Below are positions 61,472-64,000 of a stretch of 64,000 bases of DNA, piece by piece. Position 1 is the first letter of the stretch, and every line of letters starts with the position of its first letter. The notes under the pieces were generated by a model that searched no databases, was not told the DNA's origin, and worked only from the letters and a program-made list of their open reading frames with translations. The position numbers and the translations under genes are program-made. The DNA comes from Bdellovibrionota bacterium FG-1 (lineage in GTDB: Bacteria; Bdellovibrionota; UBA1018): contig JBBCAW010000012.1 of the NCBI GenBank assembly GCA_051382295.1, forward strand, positions 1 through 64,000. The letters are read 5' to 3'.

Positions 61472-61497
61472 ATGCCACAAAGTTCATGCCACGTCAA
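61472..61497 (-). promoter_or_regulatory. Promoter/operator of the TA pair
   Basis: Minus-strand TTGACG -35 with a GTGGCAT direct repeat (61486-92 and 61472-78) across the spacer and -10 region. Confidence 0.45.
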
Positions 61498-61755
61498 TAA
61501 ATATGAATAATTTATATAAATAGATCATATAACAGATTGAAATATGAACTTTATGCGTGATTTTTGGTCTTGAGTGGGTCGTTTTGGGACCCCGGCAAAG
61601 GGATTGATGATTTTTTGCCACTTTCTGAGTATTCAAAATACAAACTTAATAAAAATACACCAGTAATAACGTAGTGTTACGTATTTATTTGCAGATGCTG
61701 GCACAAAGTATACAATAATACTCAGGTATTAAGATTAAGAAATGAGTACTTTATT

Positions 61756-64000
61756 ATGATTACCCCACGTTTTTCTCCTCACCTTGCCGTGCGAGCGCTT
61801 CTTGTGCTCGGCCTCCTTTCTCTGGGGACTATCGGAACTACAGGCTGTGGTCAGAGCGGCATCACGACGACGGCAACGATTGATCAGAGTGGTGTGCTGT
61901 CTGGAGTCGCGGTTCCGTTTCAGGGCGTTATTGCCCAACAAAATTTTAAATTCTCCAGTCCGTTTGCACAGGATGTCTTTCAGTTTTTCACGCCTCCCGA
62001 CGCTTACGGCGCGGCTTGCGGGCCGGTGTATGCCTCACTTTTTGCGATCGACGGTACGGGGGGGATCTCAAGCACCGCTTTGGCGACGAGCCTGCTCAAG
62101 ACCAATGATGGTGCGTACTCATTTGGCGAGGTCCGCTCTTCACTGGGCGTAGACATTCGCGAGGATCCGAACGTGAGGTACGTGGTGCAGGTCGCCGGCT
62201 GCAATTTTCTGTACACCAGACCCGTGACGGAATTTTGGGCCCAAACGGTAACGGCTGGCACTTCGTTGGTCAGTTTTGCGCTCAATACAACCCAGATGTC
62301 CCATACGTTGCGCCAGATCAATCGCGGGGCCTTGAATGATTTTATGGCAAAGCTCTCGGATACGACGATTTACAATGCGTATACGGCGGTTTCGAACAGC
62401 CCCACGCTAGGTGCGGCTTTTACAGATCTGTTTGGTGCGGACGTCACTGTTTTGGAAGATGCGGCGCCTAACATTGTAGAGATCAACGCCCCCACGGGCA
62501 CGGACGAAGGAGTAGGGGCACTCTATCAAGTCAGCGCCTCGCACTGGTCGCCGGTATATCCGAAAGCGTATCAGTGGAAAAAAGACGACGTCAATGTTTC
62601 TACGAATGCCAATTGGACCTACACGCCTGGAGCTAATGATCAGGGGTTGCACACGATTGATTTACTGGTCGGCAAAGATAATGGTCACGGGGTACCTGAT
62701 CTGACTAAGTCCTACGTGTACAAGACCTACTCGTTGCTGGTCCATGATACGGTGATGGCCACGCCGCTGAATCTGACACTGGGTACGCCCGCCAGCGCTC
62801 CGGTGAACACCCGACAACTGGTGTTGAATTTGGAGACGGGAGTGGGGCTTGGTAACTGTGCCAGCTTCACCGGTCTTGCGCTCACTGAAAACACGCTGAC
62901 GGCTCCCACCTCGCCCAGCGCATATACTCTTTTGTGCGCGACTGCGCCGGTACAGTCGGTCCCCTACAATTTAGCGACCATCGGGGATGGCGTGAAGACT
63001 TTAAGACTTTGGGCGATGGATGCCTCTGGTAACATTGGCCCCGTCCCGAGTTCGCTCTCCATCCTGTTTGATAGCACCGCTCCTACCGTTTCGATCACAA
63101 CTCCCACGGGCCCGCTTAAAGGCGGCAATACGGTGAGTTTAAATTTTGCGGCCTTAGACGCCGGAGCAGGCCTGACGTCAGGATCGGTCACGATTCAATA
63201 CGCCTCAAATGGCACGACGTTTGTGGACGTCGCTACGGTTGCAGGCAGCGCTATTTCATACTCCTGGACGATCCCGAGTGATTCGGTCGCGACGGCCAAG
63301 TTAAAACTGATTGCGGTGGACGCAGCCGGAAACTCAAACTCGGCCACAACCTCTGCTTTCACAATTGATAGCACCGCTCCTACCGTTTCGATCACAACCC
63401 CGACTGGCCCGTTTAAAGGCGGCAACACAGTGAGTTTAAGTTTTGCGGCCTCGGACGCCGGCGCGGGCATGACATTAGGATCGCTCACGATTCAATACGC
63501 CTCAAATGGCACGACGTTTGTGGACGTCGCCACTGTTGCGACGAGCGCTACGACGTACACTTGGACGATCCCGAGTGATTCGGTCGCGACGGCCAAGTTA
63601 AAACTCGTTGCGGTTGACGCAGCCGGAAACTCAAACTCGGCAACAACTTCTGCTTTCACAATTGATAGCACCGCCCCCACCGCCTCGATCACTACCCCTG
63701 GGTCACTCAAGGGTGGGAGCACTTATTCGATCGCGTTTTCAGCAAGCGCCGGGGGTAGCGGCCTAGCGAGTCTCACCATCAAATACGCAAGCGACGGCTC
63801 AACTTTCAGCACGACCGTAGCCACGCCTGCCACCAATGCAACGAGCTATAGTTGGACCGTGCCAAGCGACAATGTCGCAACCGCCAAACTCGAAATCATC
63901 GCAGTCAACAATGTCGGAGTTTCAACAACCACGGTGACGTCAGCATTCGTTGTCGATTCTACGGTGCCCACCGCTTCGATCACAACGCCCGGATCGTTAC
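61756..64000 (+). CDS. Giant Ig-like-repeat surface lipoprotein (partial; missing from the ORF track)
   Basis: ATG at 61756 (MITPRFSPHL...TTGC); no stop found to the window end; tandem ~99-aa DSTAP...D.AGN repeats. Confidence 0.88.
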   Translation, partial: MITPRFSPHLAVRALLVLGLLSLGTIGTTGCGQSGITTTATIDQSGVLSGVAVPFQGVIAQQNFKFSSPFAQDVFQFFTPPDAYGAACGPVYASLFAIDGTGGISSTALATSLLKTNDGAYSFGEVRSSLGVDIREDPNVRYVVQVAGCNFLYTRPVTEFWAQTVTAGTSLVSFALNTTQMSHTLRQINRGALNDFMAKLSDTTIYNAYTAVSNSPTLGAAFTDLFGADVTVLEDAAPNIVEINAPTGTDEGVGALYQVSASHWSPVYPKAYQWKKDDVNVSTNANWTYTPGANDQGLHTIDLLVGKDNGHGVPDLTKSYVYKTYSLLVHDTVMATPLNLTLGTPASAPVNTRQLVLNLETGVGLGNCASFTGLALTENTLTAPTSPSAYTLLCATAPVQSVPYNLATIGDGVKTLRLWAMDASGNIGPVPSSLSILFDSTAPTVSITTPTGPLKGGNTVSLNFAALDAGAGLTSGSVTIQYASNGTTFVDVATVAGSAISYSWTIPSDSVATAKLKLIAVDAAGNSNSATTSAFTIDSTAPTVSITTPTGPFKGGNTVSLSFAASDAGAGMTLGSLTIQYASNGTTFVDVATVATSATTYTWTIPSDSVATAKLKLVAVDAAGNSNSATTSAFTIDSTAPTASITTPGSLKGGSTYSIAFSASAGGSGLASLTIKYASDGSTFSTTVATPATNATSYSWTVPSDNVATAKLEIIAVNNVGVSTTTVTSAFVVDSTVPTASITTPGSL
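63070..64000 (+). repeat. Tandem coding repeats of ~297 bp
   Basis: Units start at 63070, 63367, 63664 and 63955; the first two are nearly identical at DNA level. Confidence 0.9.

Noticed and set aside
61698..61714. Sigma54 promoter for the giant lipoprotein (CTGGCACAAAGTATACA)
   Set aside because: The -24 element is good, but the -12 GC is replaced by AC; not supportable.
61735..63722. Short ORFs listed in the track in this region
   Set aside because: They are alternative-frame or antisense shadows of the long plus-strand ORF starting at 61756.

Overview
A 64-kb chromosomal window from a Gram-negative bacterium. Gene content and order (PhaR-like regulator, divergent SelO-like protein, Tgl/PilF-RodZ, many secreted proteins and lipoproteins) suggest Bdellovibrionota/Oligoflexia; that placement is inference. 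Most of the window is housekeeping: an Opp/Dpp peptide ABC transporter, fhs, proline dehydrogenase, groES-groEL-hslO, an LPS glycosyltransferase cluster with ugd, lepA-lepB-pyrB-pyrC-carA, an RlmD-like methyltransferase, lptF, wcaJ, pepA, asnS and trmL. Three accessory regions stand out. (1) At the left edge, a tRNA-Leu(UAG) gene breaks exactly at the end of its anticodon loop and is followed by att-like arm repeats and a 12-bp-phased repeat array. (2) Beside tRNA-Phe, a ~5.3-kb island is bounded by a 124-bp direct repeat and carries a four-gene operon of exported proteins (at least two homologous to each other) behind a sigma54-type promoter, plus a decayed DUF4258/MqsA-type TA module. (3) At the right end, an HTH antitoxin pairs with a YhaV-like RNase fused to a GNAT-like domain, next to a giant Ig-repeat lipoprotein that runs off the window. 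Also present are a DnaA-box cluster far from dnaA and several apparent pseudo-enzymes (LepB without its catalytic Ser, an M28 domain without Zn ligands, SelO without its conserved Lys). All calls come from reading the sequence by eye; no searches were run.
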